Part shown: one piece after another, positions 1 through 12,914 of the stretch
Position numbering within the stretch: the stretch's first letter is position 1
Layout of the letters: the number at the start of each line of letters is the position of its first letter
DNA from: Mobula hypostoma
Lineage: Eukaryota
Length of the DNA stretch: 64,000 bases
Assembly (NCBI RefSeq): GCF_963921235.1
Contig: NC_086097.1
Span: forward strand, 178,004,001 to 178,068,000
Reading direction: 5' to 3'
The notes under the pieces: generated by a model
Told to the model about the DNA's origin: nothing
What the model saw: only the letters and a program-made list of their open reading frames with translations
Databases searched by the model: none
Translations under genes and position numbers: made by a program

Positions 1-363
1 ATTCAGGGACCATTCAGAAGTCTGATGGTGGAGCAGAAGAAACTGTTCCTGAATTGTTGAGTGTGGGTCTTCAAGCTCTTGTACCTCGCTCTGTGATGGT
101 AATAACAGAGGAGGCAATGTCCTAGCAGGTGACGGTCCTTCATGAAGGACGCCACCTTCTTGGGGTGCAGCTTCAACAAAGCAGCATAGATTCATTATTT
201 CCTTTCATTTGGCTTAAATTATTTCTTTTCCATGTTTTTCTGTGACTTACGAGTTAACGCCAGCTAGCACTCAGTGATTGTATTGGTAAGGGGGAGCTGG
301 CTCCAATGGGGATTGCATCTCTCCATCTGGCCGTACGTTTGACATCTGTGATCTCTCTGGCAG

Positions 364-522
364 GTCCTCGAGCGGCTACAGCTGAAGGGATTTGAAATAG
401 TGGGATCCAGCGGCGGAGGCGTCGACTCTTCCCAGTTTAGCGAATATGTACTGAGACGGGAAATCAGGAGATTTTCCCGCATTCCACCAGTCATTCGGAT
501 AAAACAGGAACCATTGGACTGA
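364..522 (+). CDS. KCTD1: Terminal coding exon of KCTD1 (or KCTD1-like BTB/POZ protein)
   Basis: Acceptor tgatctctctggcag| at 363, phase 0. Translates [52 protein letters not shown]. This matches the recalled KCTD1/KCTD15 C-terminus ([14 protein letters not shown]...RIKQEPLD); GFEIVGS and VLRRE favour KCTD1 over KCTD15. Confidence 0.9.
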   Translation, partial: VLERLQLKGFEIVGSSGGGVDSSQFSEYVLRREIRRFSRIPPVIRIKQEPLD

Positions 523-570
523 ACTGATACATCTGTGAAATAAGGGAGCGGGAGAGAAAATATTTAAAAA

Positions 571-580
571 AATAAATAAA
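571..580 (+). promoter_or_regulatory. Overlapping AATAAA polyadenylation signals for KCTD1
   Basis: AATAAATAAA ~50 nt after the stop codon, followed by a G/T-rich stretch (600-620). Confidence 0.5.
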
Positions 581-1242
581 TTTTAAAAACATACTTCCTG
601 TGCATTTGGTTAAAGGTGTTGACTGCTGAACTGATCATAGTCTTTCCCAGAGACCATGTCCGCATCGCCTTTGGACCTTGTGGGTCACCAGTGAAAAATT
701 GATTGTTCTAGTGGAAGAGGTTTGATTTTTAATTGATTTGACATAACCTAAGGTAACCTTTCCTCAAATTAATTCTGAAAAGCTTTTTATTCAATTGGTA
801 AATTGGTTTATTGTCCCATGTACTGAAGTAGAGTGGAAGAACTTGACCTGTGTACCATTCATCCAGATCAATTCATTACAACCGTGCATTGAGGTAGTAC
901 AAGGGAAAAAAATAACAATACAAAATGAAGTATTATAGAGAAAGTGTGGTACATATAGACAATGCAAAGTCATAATATGGTAGATCATGAGGCCAGCAGT
1001 TGATACGCGATGCTTAATTCCATCCCAAATTATGTAGAGATACCGGGGACCTTGTGTTTACATCTGTTTTGGTGATGCTTGATTATGCTGTGCCCAGAAG
1101 GGAATCAGATGGAGTGACAATCATCTTAACAATGGCCTCATCCAGGTCTCGGAGTTGAATGTTCAGGGCTAGTGTTGCCTTTGCTCTGCAGCTAGTGGTT
1201 TCTGATTTATTAAATTTTAGCTGTTGAAAAGAAATTTTAGAA

Positions 1243-2240
1243 CAACATATTATTCTCCGTAACTTCCGCCACCTCCAACGGGATCCCACCACTAAGCACA
1301 TCTTTCCCTCCCCACCCCCGCATTCCGCAGGGATCGCTCCCTACACAACTCCCTTGTCCATTCGTCCCCCCCATCCCTCCCCACTGATCTCCCTCCTGGC
1401 ACTTATCCTTGTAAGCGGAACAAGTGCTACACATGCCCTTACACTTCCTCCCTTACCACCATTCAGGGCCCCAGACAGTCCTTCCAGGTGAGGCATCACT
1501 TCACCTGTGAGTCGACTGGGGTGATACTGCGTCTGGTGCTCCCGCTGTGGCCTTCTATATATTGGCGAGACCCGACGCAGACTGGGAGACCGCTTTGCTG
1601 AACATCTACGCTCTGTCCGCCAGAGAAAGCAGGATCTCCCAGTGGCCACACATTTTAATTCCACATCCCATTCCCATTCTGACATGTCTATCCATGGCCT
1701 CCTCTACTGTAAAGATGAAGCCACACTCAGGTTGGAGGAACAACACCTTATATTCCGTCTGGGTAGCCTCCAACCTGATGGCATGAACATCGACTTCTCT
1801 AACTTCCGCTAAGGCCCCACCGCCCCCTCGTACCCCATCTGTTACTCATTTTTATGCACACATTCTTTCTCTCACTCTCCTTTTTCTCCCTCTGTCCCTC
1901 TGAATATACCCCTTGCCCATCCTCTGGGTCCCCCCCCTTGTCTTTCTTCCCGGGCCTCCTGTCCCATGATCCTCTCGTATCCCCTTTTGCCTATCAACTG
2001 TCCAGCTCTTGGCTCTATTCCTCCCCCTCCTGTCTTCTCCTATCAGTTTGGATCTCCCCCTCCCCCTCCAACTTTCAATCCCTTACTCACTCTTCCTTCA
2101 GTTAGTCCTGACGAAGGGTCTCGGCTTGAAACGTCGACTGCACCTCTTCCTACAGATGCTGCTTGGCCTGCTGCGTTCACCAGCAACTTTGATGTATGTT
2201 GCTTGAATTTCCAGCATCTGCAGAATTCCTGTTGTTTGCG
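1243..2240 (+). mobile_element. Penelope-like element, 5'-truncated: GIY-YIG endonuclease C-terminus plus terminal repeat with hammerhead motif
   Basis: Reads ...CSRCGLLYIGETRRRLGDRFAEHLRSV...PVATHFN...LEEQHLIFRLGSLQPDGMNIDFSNFR* (one frameshift near 1530), then a pyrimidine-rich tract and the terminal repeat. Flanked by tttagaa at 1236-1242 and 2241-2247. Confidence 0.9.
2104..2139 (+). ncRNA. Minimal type I hammerhead ribozyme motif in PLE terminal repeat
   Basis: AGTC-CTGACGA-agggtctcggctt-GAAAC-GTC-GACT: both conserved core boxes, with AGTC/GACT as stem I; stem II relies on G-U pairs. Confidence 0.65.
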
Positions 2241-2314
2241 TTTAGAAAGGGATTATCAGATTACATTACCATGTGCCCTGGTTTTCCTGATGGTGAAAAG
2301 CAGAGGTTATTTTG

Positions 2315-5300
2315 GCATAGAACAGTGCTACACAGGAACAGGCCATTCGGCCCAGTGTTGTGCCGAACCAGTTAAAAAGCAAATCAAAAACACCCAAACA
2401 CTAATCCCTCCTACCGACACCATGTCCATATCCCTACATCCTCCTTACATCCATTTGCCTATTCTAACGTCTCTTAAAAGCCTCTAATGTAGTTGCCTCT
2501 ATCACCATACCAGGCAATACATTCCAGGACACTGAATAAAAATTTTACCTCTCACATCCTCCTTGATCCTAAACCCTTCACCTACAGCGCATGCCCTCTG
2601 GTATTTAGTCATTTCAATCCTGGGAAACAGATACTCCCTGTCTATTTATGCCTCTCATAATCGCTCTGTCAGATCTCCCCTCAGCTTCCGGCACTCCAGA
2701 CAAAACAACCCAAGTTTATCCAGCCTCTCATGATAGCACATGCCCTCTAAGCCAGGCAGCATCCTGGTAAAACTCTTCTGCACCCTCTCCAAAGCCTCAA
2801 CACCCTTCCTTCAATGGGTGACCAGAACTGTATGCAATACTCCTGATGTAGCCTATCCAGAGTTTTTAAAGAGTTGCAACATAGCCTCTCGACTTTTGAA
2901 CTCAATGCTTCAACTAATAAAAGCAAGCGTTCCATAAGCCTTCTTAACCACTTTATCGAGCTCTGTAGCTACTTTCAAGGAGTTATGAATTTGGATCCCA
3001 AGGTCTCTCTGCTCAGCAACTCTTTTATGGATCTTGCCCTTAACAATGTACTGTATCCTTGCAATTGCCTTACCAAGGTGCAACACCTCACATGTATCAG
3101 TGTTAAACTCCATCTGCCATTTCTCTGCCCATATCTGCAATTGATCTTTATTGCATTGTATTCTTTGTCAGTCTTCTACACCATCTACAACTCCACCGGT
3201 CTTGGTATCATCTGCAAACTTACTAACTCACCCATCTACATTTTTATCTAGGTCATATCTCACACACAGCAGAGGTCCCAGCACAGATCACCTGAGGAAC
3301 TCTGCCAATTACAGACCTTCAGTTGGAATAAGTTCCTTCAACCGCTACCCTTTATCTTCCATGTACAAGCTAGTTCTGAACCCAAACAGCCAATTCACTG
3401 CAGACCGCAAGTATCTTAATCTTCTGGATTAGCCTCCCATGACAGACTTTGCAAATGCCTTACTAAAATCCATGTAGACAACATCCACTGCCTTACCCTC
3501 ATCAGTCTTTCTCATCACCTTATCAAAGAAACTCAGACATAACCTGCCACATACAAAGCTGGCTCTCCCCAATTCCCAAATTCTCATATATTCTATCCCT
3601 AAGAATTTTCTCCAGCAGCTTCCCTACAACTGACATGGAACTCACCAATCTATAGTTCCCAGTATTCTCCCTTTTTCCGTTCTTAAATAGAGGTACAGCA
3701 TTAGCCACTCAACATTCCTCTGGGTCCTCACCTGCTTCCTTCAATAACCTTGGGTAAATCTGATCAGGCTCTGTCAACTTATCCACCTTAATACTCAGCA
3801 GGTGGTCCAATACTTTCTCCTCCTTGACCTCTGAATGCCCCAACATATTTACACGCTTAGTGATTTTCCCCTCGTTCTCCACATCCTTTTCTTTGGTAAA
3901 TACAAAAGCAAAGTACTCATTGAGTACATCACTCACATTCTCAGCATCCAAGCGAATGTCTCCCCCCGCCCCCCCCCCCGAGTGGTCTCACCCTCTCCCT
4001 AGTTATCCTCTTACTCTTTATGCATGTATAGAATGCCTTAGGATTCACCTTAATCCTACTTGCCAAGGACTTTTCTGGCCCCTCCTGGCTTTGCCTCATT
4101 CCCTTTAGTTCTTTTCTGGCTTCTTTATAATCCTCATGTGTTTCGTTTGAGCCTAACTTCCAAAGTTTTACATACTTTTCCTTTTTCTTCTTGACTAAAT
4201 TCATCACCTCTCTGGACATCCAAAGTTCTCTATCTTTCCATCTCCATCCTACCTTCTAACAGGAGCATACCTTTCCTGTACTCTGTACAGTTGATCTTTA
4301 AACACCCTCCACATGTCTGACATGGACTTGCCAGGGAAAGGGTATTTAATGCCTTCATAATCTGCCCTACTCCAATTTAAAACTTTTCCACACTGCCCAT
4401 ACCTATCCTTATCTATAGTTATCCTAAAGTTAAGGAGTTGTGGTCACTGTTCACCCACTGGATGGTCAGTTACCTGGCCAGCCTCATTACCTGACACCAG
4501 ATCCAGTATGACCATCCGTCTATTGATTTAAGAAACCTTCCTGGATATGCTTAACAAGCTTTGCACCATCTAAACCCCTTGCACTAAAAAGGTCCCAGAT
4601 TCTATTAGGGAAGTTGAAATTCTCCCATGTCGACAACCCTATTATTTTTACATATTTCCTTAATCTGATTATATATCTGTTCCTCCATATCCCAGTGGCT
4701 ATTAGAGGGTCTGTAGTACGATCCCATTAGTGTAATTGCACCCTTCCTATTCCTGAGTTCTACCCAAATGGACTCTGTCTGACCCGTCAATTATGTCTCT
4801 TCTGAGTACAGCTGTGATATTGTATGCCTCTATCAAATCTCCTCTCAATCTTCCATGTTCTAAAGAATAAAGTCTTAACCTATTTAATTTTTCCTTATAA
4901 CATAGGGCCTCCAGACCTGGCAACATTATTGTAAAATTTCTCTGTACTCTTTCAAACTTATTTACCTCTTTCCTGCAGGTTGGTGACATAAACTGCACAC
5001 AGCAATCCAAATTAGGCCTCACCAATCTCTTATACAACTTCAACATAACACCCCTTCTCCTGTACTCAGTACTTTGACTTATGAAGGCCAATATGCCAAA
5101 AGCTTTCTTTATGACCCTAAATACCTGTGAAGCCACTTCCAGTGAATTTTGGTCCTGTATTCCCAGATCGCTTTGTTCTACCACACTCCTCAGTGCTCTA
5201 CTGTTCATTGTGTAAGACCTATCCTGGTTGGTCCTTGGTTTGGATTTGCATTAAATTCCACCTGTCATTTTTCAGCCCATTTTTCCGGTTAATGCAGATC

Positions 5301-6650
5301 CCTCTGCAAGCATGATAGTCTTCCTCGCTGTCTACTACACCCCCAATCCTGGTGTCATCTGCAAATTTGCTGATCCAGTTAACCACATTATCATCCAGAT
5401 TGTTGATATAGATGACAAACAACAATGGACCCAGCACCGATCCCTGCAGTACACCACAAGTCACAGGCAACCATCTACGATCCCCTTCTGGCTTTTCCAA
5501 TAACGTCAATGTCTAATCCAATTTACTACCTCATCCTGAATGCCGAACAACTGAACCATCTTGACCAGCCTCCCATGTGGGATCTTGTCAAATGCCTTAA
5601 TAAAGTTCATATGGACAACATCCACTTTCCTGGTAACTTCCTTGAAAACCCCTATAAGATGGGTTCGACATGACCTACCACACACGAAGCCATGCTGACT
5701 ATCCTAAATCAGTCCATGTCTATCCAAATACTGTACTTGTATCTGGTCCTTTAGACATAATATTGTCTCTGATTGGTAGTCCAACTCCCCGCCCCCTCCT
5801 TTCTAGCTTTTTTAAAACTTCGAAAACCCAGTGCATTATTCATGCATTCCTGCCCCTCTCTCAACCAAGTGTCAGTAATGGCCACAACATTGTAGTTCCA
5901 TGTATTGATCTGTGCTCCAAGTGCATCACCTTTACCCATAATGTTCCTAGCATTAAAGTATACACACTTCAAACTATCCAACCCATCATATTTGTTATTT
6001 TGATTTTGCCTTTCAATACTTTCCCTCACATCTATCTTCTGGCCCAATGCTTTCTGAAAACTAGTTTAAACTCTCCTGAGTAGCACCAGCAAACCTCCTG
6101 GCCAGGGTATTGGTTCCAGTGGTTCCCCTCCATTTCAAGTGCAACCTGTCCTTCTTGTACTGGTCACCCCTTCCTCAGAAAAGATTCAAATGATCTAATA
6201 ATATGAAACCCTGTCCACTGCACCATCTCCTCAGACACTCATTCATCGGTGCTGTCACCCCATTCCTACCTGCACTAGCCCATGGTACTGAGAGTAATTC
6301 GGAGATTACTCCCTTGGAAGTCCTTCTCTTCAGCCTCTTTCCTAACTCCCTATACTCTCTGCGTAGGACCCCTTTCCCCTTTTCTGCTAATGTCATTGAT
6401 GCCAATATGCACCACAACCTCTGTCCCCTCCCCACCCCCCGGAGAATATCCTGCAACTACTCTGATACATCCTGGACTGTAGCACCTGGGAGGCAACTCA
6501 CCATCCCGGTGTGCCTTGAGGCCACAGAATCTCCATTCTGTCCCCCTAACAATCCCCTATAACTACCTCACTGCCTGGCTTTACCCTTCCCCATCAAGCC
6601 ACAGTGCCACCAGCCTGGCTGCTGCCACCGTGATCTGTTGGGTCTCGATA
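2315..6650 (-). mobile_element. Near-full-length degenerate CR1 LINE (ORF1 SGNH esterase; ORF2 endonuclease and RT) with a nested CR1 fragment
   Basis: Minus-strand pieces: ORF1-like YRELGKRLKRRTSKGVISELL (6175-6456); CVYFNARNI (5751-6047); ESIWVELRN..YYRP (4605-4790); VPLFKNG..GNYRLVS; WAEKWQMEFN; 3' tail near 2315. Confidence 0.9.
4824..5759 (-). mobile_element. Internal CR1 RT fragment nested in the older CR1
   Basis: [20 protein letters not shown] motifs; flanked by atattgt at 4817-4823 and 5760-5766; no 3' tail. Confidence 0.8.
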
Positions 6651-7739
6651 GCCGTTATCCCCACTATGAAAGAGAATATTCCAGAAACAGCAGGTCAGGC
6701 AGCTGCCATGGAAACACAAGAGCTAATGTTTTACATCTAAGACCCTAGCTCTTGTTTAACCCTCAATCAGCATTGCCAGCTTAAACAATCCAAATGGGCC
6801 AATTGGTTTATTACTGTCACGCGTACTGAAGTACAGTGAGAACATCCCTTGCATACAGTTCATACAAATTGATTCATTCCAACAGTGTTGAAGGGAAAAC
6901 AATAACAGTGCAGAATAATGAGCAACAGTTACATAGAAAGTGCAGTGCAAGATCATAACGAGGTAGACCGTGAGGTTCAGAGTCCCTCTCGTCATACTCC
7001 GGGGCAATTCAGACTGTACTTTCTCCAAAGGAGAATGAAAAATGCAAAAGTTGTCTTAGAAAATAACTGAACCAGATGAGGTTAGTGACAACCATTCATT
7101 GCTAGCAGAAGCATTTTCTTTACAATGGCAGTTTCTGATTTGTCGATCTTGAGATGTTGAATACAAGTTTTAGAAGGTTAATGTGCAAAAGTTGACCAGC
7201 GTGTTTCCTGTGTTAGAACATTTTTACTTGGTTTTGAATTGTTTTGGGATGACTTCCATGAAAGATGTGATCCGAAATATAAGTCTTTATTCAATCTTTC
7301 TCTGATCCAAGTCTTAAAGAAGATTATTATCCACCCAGTTAAGCACAGAGTGGGACAAAGCCACACTGCACAGAAGCACCATTAGGCAAAGAACATCTCC
7401 TACTACTTATTTATATTTTAAGTTTCGTTTTTGATTTATGTTGTTACGCTTTTCTAGGCCTAGTTTAGGATTGGCTTGCTCAGTCACCTGTTGAATGACT
7501 GTCATCTGGCTTTCAATTGAAGGCAACAGAATGAAATCAAAGTTCAAGTCAGGAGGTGCTGAGACACTCAGCCAGTCCAGCAGCATCCAAGAAGATAGAA
7601 ACTGAGTTGCTGTTTCAGGGTAAAGACCTTCAATCAAAGCTGGTGAAGTTAAGGAACAAGATTTTGCTGAGTTGTGGGGAGAGTCTCTGCCAGAATGGGA
7701 TCAGGAGAGACTGAGAGAAGTTGGAAATGCAGTGCAGTC

Positions 7740-10380
7740 TGAAAGAGGTGGCTGAAGAGATTGTGGAGACATTTTTCAAGAATCTTTCAAGAATCAATAG
7801 TTTCTGGCATAGTCCCAGAGCACTGGAAATTTGTAAATTTCACTCCACTCTTCAAGAAGGCAGGGAGGCAAAAGAAAGGAAATTATAGGCCAGTTAATCT
7901 GACTTCAGTGTGGTTTGGGAGTCAATTATTAAAGAAAAGGTCTCAGGAAGGGGGCATGAGAAGGCCTTGGCGAGTAGGGTAAAGGAAAACCCCAAGGCAT
8001 TCTTCAATTATGTGAAGAACAAAAGGATGACAGGAGTGAAGGTAGGACCAGTTAAAGATAAAGGTGGGAAGATCTGCCTGGAGGCTGTGAAAGTGAGCGA
8101 GGTCCTCAATGAATACTTCTCTTCGGTATTCACCAATGAGAGGGAACTTGATGATGGTGAGGACAATATGAGTAAGGTTGATGTTCTGGAGCATGTTGAT
8201 ATTAAGGGAGAGGAGGTGTTGGAGTTGTTAAAATACATTAGGGACAGTTAAGTTAAGTCCCAGGGGCCTGACGGAATATTCCCCAGGCTGCTCCACAAGG
8301 CGAGAGAAGAGATTGCTGAGCCTCTGGCTAGGATCTTTATGTCCTCGTTGTCCACGGGAATGGTACCGGAGGATTGGAGGGAGGTGAATGTTGTCCCCCT
8401 GTTCAAAAAAGGTAGTAGGGATAGTCTGGGTAATTATAGACCAGTGAGCCTTACGTCTGTGGTGGGAAAGCTGTTGGAAAAGATTCTTAGAGATAGGATC
8501 TATGGGCATTTAGAGAAACATGGTCTGATCAGGGACAGTCAGCATGGCTTTGCGAAGGGCAAATCGTGTCTAACAAGCCTGATAGACTTCTTTGAGGTGG
8601 TGACCAGGCATATAGATGAGGGTAGTGCAGTGGATATGATCTACATGGATTTTAGTAAGGCATTTGACAAGGTTCCACATGGTAGGCTTATTCAGAAAGT
8701 AGGAAGGCATGGGATCCAGGGAAGTTTGGCCAGGTGGATTCAGAATTGTCTTGCCTGCAGAAGGCAGAGGGTGGTGGTGGAGAGAGTACATTCAGATTGA
8801 AGGATTGTCACTAGTGGTGTCCCACAAGGATCTGTTCTGGGACCTCTACTTTTCGTGATTTTTTAACGACTTGGATGTGGGGGTAGAAGGGTGGGTTGGC
8901 AAGTTTGCAGATGACACAAAGGTTGGTGCAGTTGTGGATAGTGTAGAGGATTGTCGAAGATTGCAGAGAGACATTGGTAGGATGCAGAAGTGGGCTGAGA
9001 AGTGGCAGATGGAGTTCAACCTGGAGAAGTGTGGGGGGTTATATGTGAGGCAGGGTTTAAGGGTCAGCACAACATTGTGGGCCGAAGGGCCTGTACTGTG
9101 CTGTACTATTCTATGTTCTATACTTGGAGGCACATGATAAAATTGGTCAGAGTCAGTATGGTTTCCTTAAGAGGTAATCCTGCTTGACAAATCTGTTGGA
9201 ATTCTTGGAGGAAATAACAAGCAATTTAGACAAAGGAGAATCAGTGGATGTTGTTTACTTGAATTTTCAGACGGCTTTTGACAAGGTGCTGCATATGAGG
9301 CTGCTTAACAAGGTAAGACCCCATGGTATTACAGGAAAGATACTAGCACGGATAAAGCAGTCAGTGGCTGATTGGCAGGAGGGAAAGAGTGTGAATAAAG
9401 GGAGTTTTTTTTCTTGTTGGCTGCCGGTGACTAGTGGTGTTCTGTAGGGATCAGTGTTGATACTGCTTCTTTTTACATTATGTGTCAATGATTTGGATGA
9501 TGGAATTGATGGCTTTGTGGACAATATGAAGATTGGTGGAGGGGCAGGTAGTGTTGAGGGTGGAGGGAGGCTGCAGAAGGATTTGGACAAATTAGGAGAA
9601 TGGGCAAAGAAGTGGCAGATGGAATACTATGCTGGAACGTGCATGGTCATACACTTTAGAAGGAACACATACATAGTTTATTTTCTAAACAGGAGATTCA
9701 AAGCTCTGAAGTGCAAAAGGGACTTGGGAGTCCTCGTGCAGGATTCCCCAAAGGTTAACTTGCAGGTTGAGTCTGTGGTGAGGAAGATAAATGTAATGTT
9801 AGTATTCATTTCCCGAGAACGAGAATACAAAAGCATAATGCTGTGGCTTTATAAGGCACTGGTGAGGCCTTATTTGGAGTATTACAAGCAGTTTTGAGCC
9901 CCTTATCTAAGAAAGGATGTGCTGACATTAGCAGTTGATGAGAATGATTCCAGGAACGAAAGGGTTATCATATGAAGAGCATTTGATGGCTCAGGGCCTG
10001 TAATTACTGGAATTTAGAAGAATGAGGGGGAATCTCATTAAAACTTATCAGATATTGAAAGGCCTAGTTAGAGTGGATGTGGAGAGGATGTTTCCTATAG
10101 TGGGGGGATCTATGACCAGAGGGCAAGGCCTCAAAATAGAGGGATGCCCATTTAGAACTGAGATGAGGAGGTATTTCTTTACCAAAGGGAGGGGAATCCG
10201 TGGAATTCGTTGCTACAGGCGGCTGCGGAGGCCAGGCCACTGGGTGTATTTCAGGTGGAGGTTGACAGTCAGGGTGTGAAAGTTTATGGGGAATAGGATT
10301 GAGAAGGAAAGTGGATTTGCTGCCATGGCTGAATGACTCAATTCTGCTCCTGTCTTTCTCATGGTCTTATGGAAATGACA
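7740..10380 (+). mobile_element. CR1 LINE ORF2 remnant interrupted by a younger CR1 at ~7940-9120
   Basis: [27 protein letters not shown] and WQMEF motifs occur twice. The inner copy ends with the tail ctattctatgttcta at ~9120. Confidence 0.9.
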
Positions 10381-10439
10381 GCTGAACCATTTGGAGGAGA
10401 GGGGCACAGGAGGAATGCTATTACTCAATTTAAAGATTA

Positions 10440-10780
10440 GATTTTTTTGTCACATGTACTTATAGTGAAACACAGTGAAATGCATCATTTGTGTCAATGA
10501 CCAACACAGTCCGAGGTCAAGAGTCACCATGCTCCCAGCGCCAACATAGCTTGTCCACAACTTACTAAACTGACCGTCTTTGGAATGCGAGAGGAAACTG
10601 GAGCACCTGAAGGTGCCCGACGCTGGCCTCTCAGGTCTGAGTCGAGGTCATCATCGTGAAGGAAACCCCCGCCATTACATGGAGAACGTACAAACTCCTT
10701 ACAGACAGTGGCAGCAATTCAATGTCAGTCGTTGGCACTGTAAAGAGTTATGTTAACCGTTGTGCTACCGTGCCACTCCA
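10440..10780 (-). mobile_element. V-SINE (HE1-like) remnant
   Basis: Reverse complement of the V-SINE core GGTGCTCCAGTTTCCTC..CATTCCAAAGAC. Confidence 0.55.
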
Positions 10781-11059
10781 TTTCAAATCTGCTGACGATT
10801 TGAAATAGAAACCGGAAATCTGCAGAGGGTTCGATCATAAAACATTGGTTAGGTCACTGCTGGAGAAGTACGTTTACCTCGGGTTCACGCACTATAGGGA
10901 GTGAGCGACCGCAATGGAGAGCGTACAGAGATCCACCAGGATGATAGTTGGGACGGAGCTGTTCAGTTATAAGAGAATAGACAGATTGGGTTTGTTTGAT
11001 TTGGAGCAGAGGGGGCTGAGTGGGACCTGACAGTACAAAGGGCACAGATCGTATGAATC

Positions 11060-11520
11060 AGGATCGTTTCATTATCACTGACATAGGTTGTGAAATTTGT
11101 TCTTTTGTGACAGAAGTACAGTGCAAGACATAAAAGTGACTACAAGTTATATAAATAATTCAATAACTAGTGCAAAAGGCAAATAATGAGGAGGTGTTCA
11201 TGGATCATACACAAATCTGATGGTGAATAGGAATAATCACTGACTCTGCATCCTCAGGCTCCTGTACCTCCTCCCCAATGGTAGTAGCATAAAGAGGGCA
11301 GGTAACAGATGGTGAGGGTCCTCAGTGACGGATGCTGCCTTTTTGAGGCAGTGCCTCTTGAAGACGTCATTAATGGCAGGGAAGGTTCTGCCTCTGATGG
11401 AACTGGCTGAGTCTACAATGGTCTACAGCCTCTTTTGATCTTGTGCATTTCAGGTTCCATACCGGGCTGTGATACTGCCAGTCAGAATGCTCTCCGTTGG
11501 ACATCTTAGAAATTTTGGCA
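11060..11520 (-). mobile_element. Rex1/Babar-type LINE 3' end; similar pieces near 1-170, 18870-19430, 25800-26240, 26770-27090, 31270-31560 and 49935-50560
   Basis: Reverse strand encodes a degenerate KAAS..DPHH....F..LP.GRRY motif, typical of the Rex1 RT C-terminus, followed by an AT-rich 3' UTR. Confidence 0.65.
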
Positions 11521-12914
11521 TAAGTGTCCCAGATCAGAGGGGATAGGTTTAAAGGAAATACAAAGGAGGACTTTTTTCACCCAGAGCACACTGCCTTGAA
11601 GGAGTGGTGCAGGCAGAGACTCTCAACATTAGGATGCATCTGGACAAGCACTTGAATCACCAACGTACAGAAAGCTACAGACCTGGTGGTGGTAAATGGA
11701 ATTAATGTAGATGGCCAGTGGATAAAGTGAGCTGAAGGGATTGTTCCACTTTCTGTGGCTCCATGACTTTAACTCTAGGTTAAGCAGCATCTAGATCATG
11801 GAAGAGCATAGTACAGGAACAGGCCCTTCAGCCCACAATGCCTGTACTGACTATGATGCCATTCTAACTAATTCCATCTGCCTCTATCCATCTACCCTGC
11901 GTGTTCATCCCTCTGTCCAAACGCCTCTTGGGTGCTGCTAGCATATTTGCTTGTACTACTTCCTCAGCAGCATATTCCGAGCACCTACCACTCTGTGTAA
12001 ATAAAAACTTGCCTAGTAAACTTCTCCCCTCTCACTTTAAGCCTATGCCCTCCACAATATGACATTTCCACCCAGGTGACTGGGAGGAGCAGAAGGGAGC
12101 CTTGACTTTCAGCTCGATCTATACGTAGAGTTGCCCTTCATCTGCAATGCCAGAGAAACTAGTCAAATTTGCCCAATCTCTTCTTATAACGAATTCTCTC
12201 TAATCCAAGCAGCATCCCTGCGGGCATCTTCTGCACCCTCTCCAAGGAATCAACAACTTTCCTGTAATGGGGCAACCAGAATTGCACACAGTACTTCAAA
12301 TGTGGCCTAACCAGTCTTGGGGAAGAAAATAGTTAGCATCACAAATTAGGACCTTTCATAAAAACTGACATTCAACAAGAGATCAGTTTGATCCACATCC
12401 ACTATCCATCCCCATAACCATACAATGCTCTGTCAAGTAGAAATTTTATCCACAGCTGAATTTGTTTCCTAAACATTACAGAGCTTCAGCTTTTACCTTT
12501 GCCTCCAATGATCACAACCCCACCCACCCCATTCAGAAGTAAACTCGCAAAATCAGTTGTGAATGAACTATCATAAGGTTAAGATTAAGACCATCCCTTT
12601 AGCAAAGTGCCCAATGCCTGTCCCTGTGTCATGATTTTATGAATACATGTTTCATAAGCAGAAATATGCATTCCATCTGCATTTGCACTGAGGATTTTAA
12701 TCTGAGGAATGTCACAAAGAAGGGGATAAATCTATCTTTGTCTGCTAGTGTGAAAATAGTGACCATCAGACTGAAGTCAATAGTTCCAGACGTGCAGAGA
12801 TGAACACAACTTTGTAATCCTACATCATACGCAGCACAGAAACAGGCCCATTGGCACATGATGTCTATGTTAACCCTCAAATACTAATTATACTGATCCT
12901 ATATATTTTATTAT

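Noticed and set aside
264..707. Minus-strand 76-aa ORF (264-494) and an apparent two-exon model (595-707 plus 376-532, 62-nt intron)
   Set aside because: Antisense to the clearly recognisable KCTD1 exon and its UTR; the peptides resemble nothing I recognise and the intron would be implausibly short.
7178..7366. Minus-strand ORF with a plausible splice acceptor
   Set aside because: No recognisable homology and no partner exons; lies in the intergenic region.
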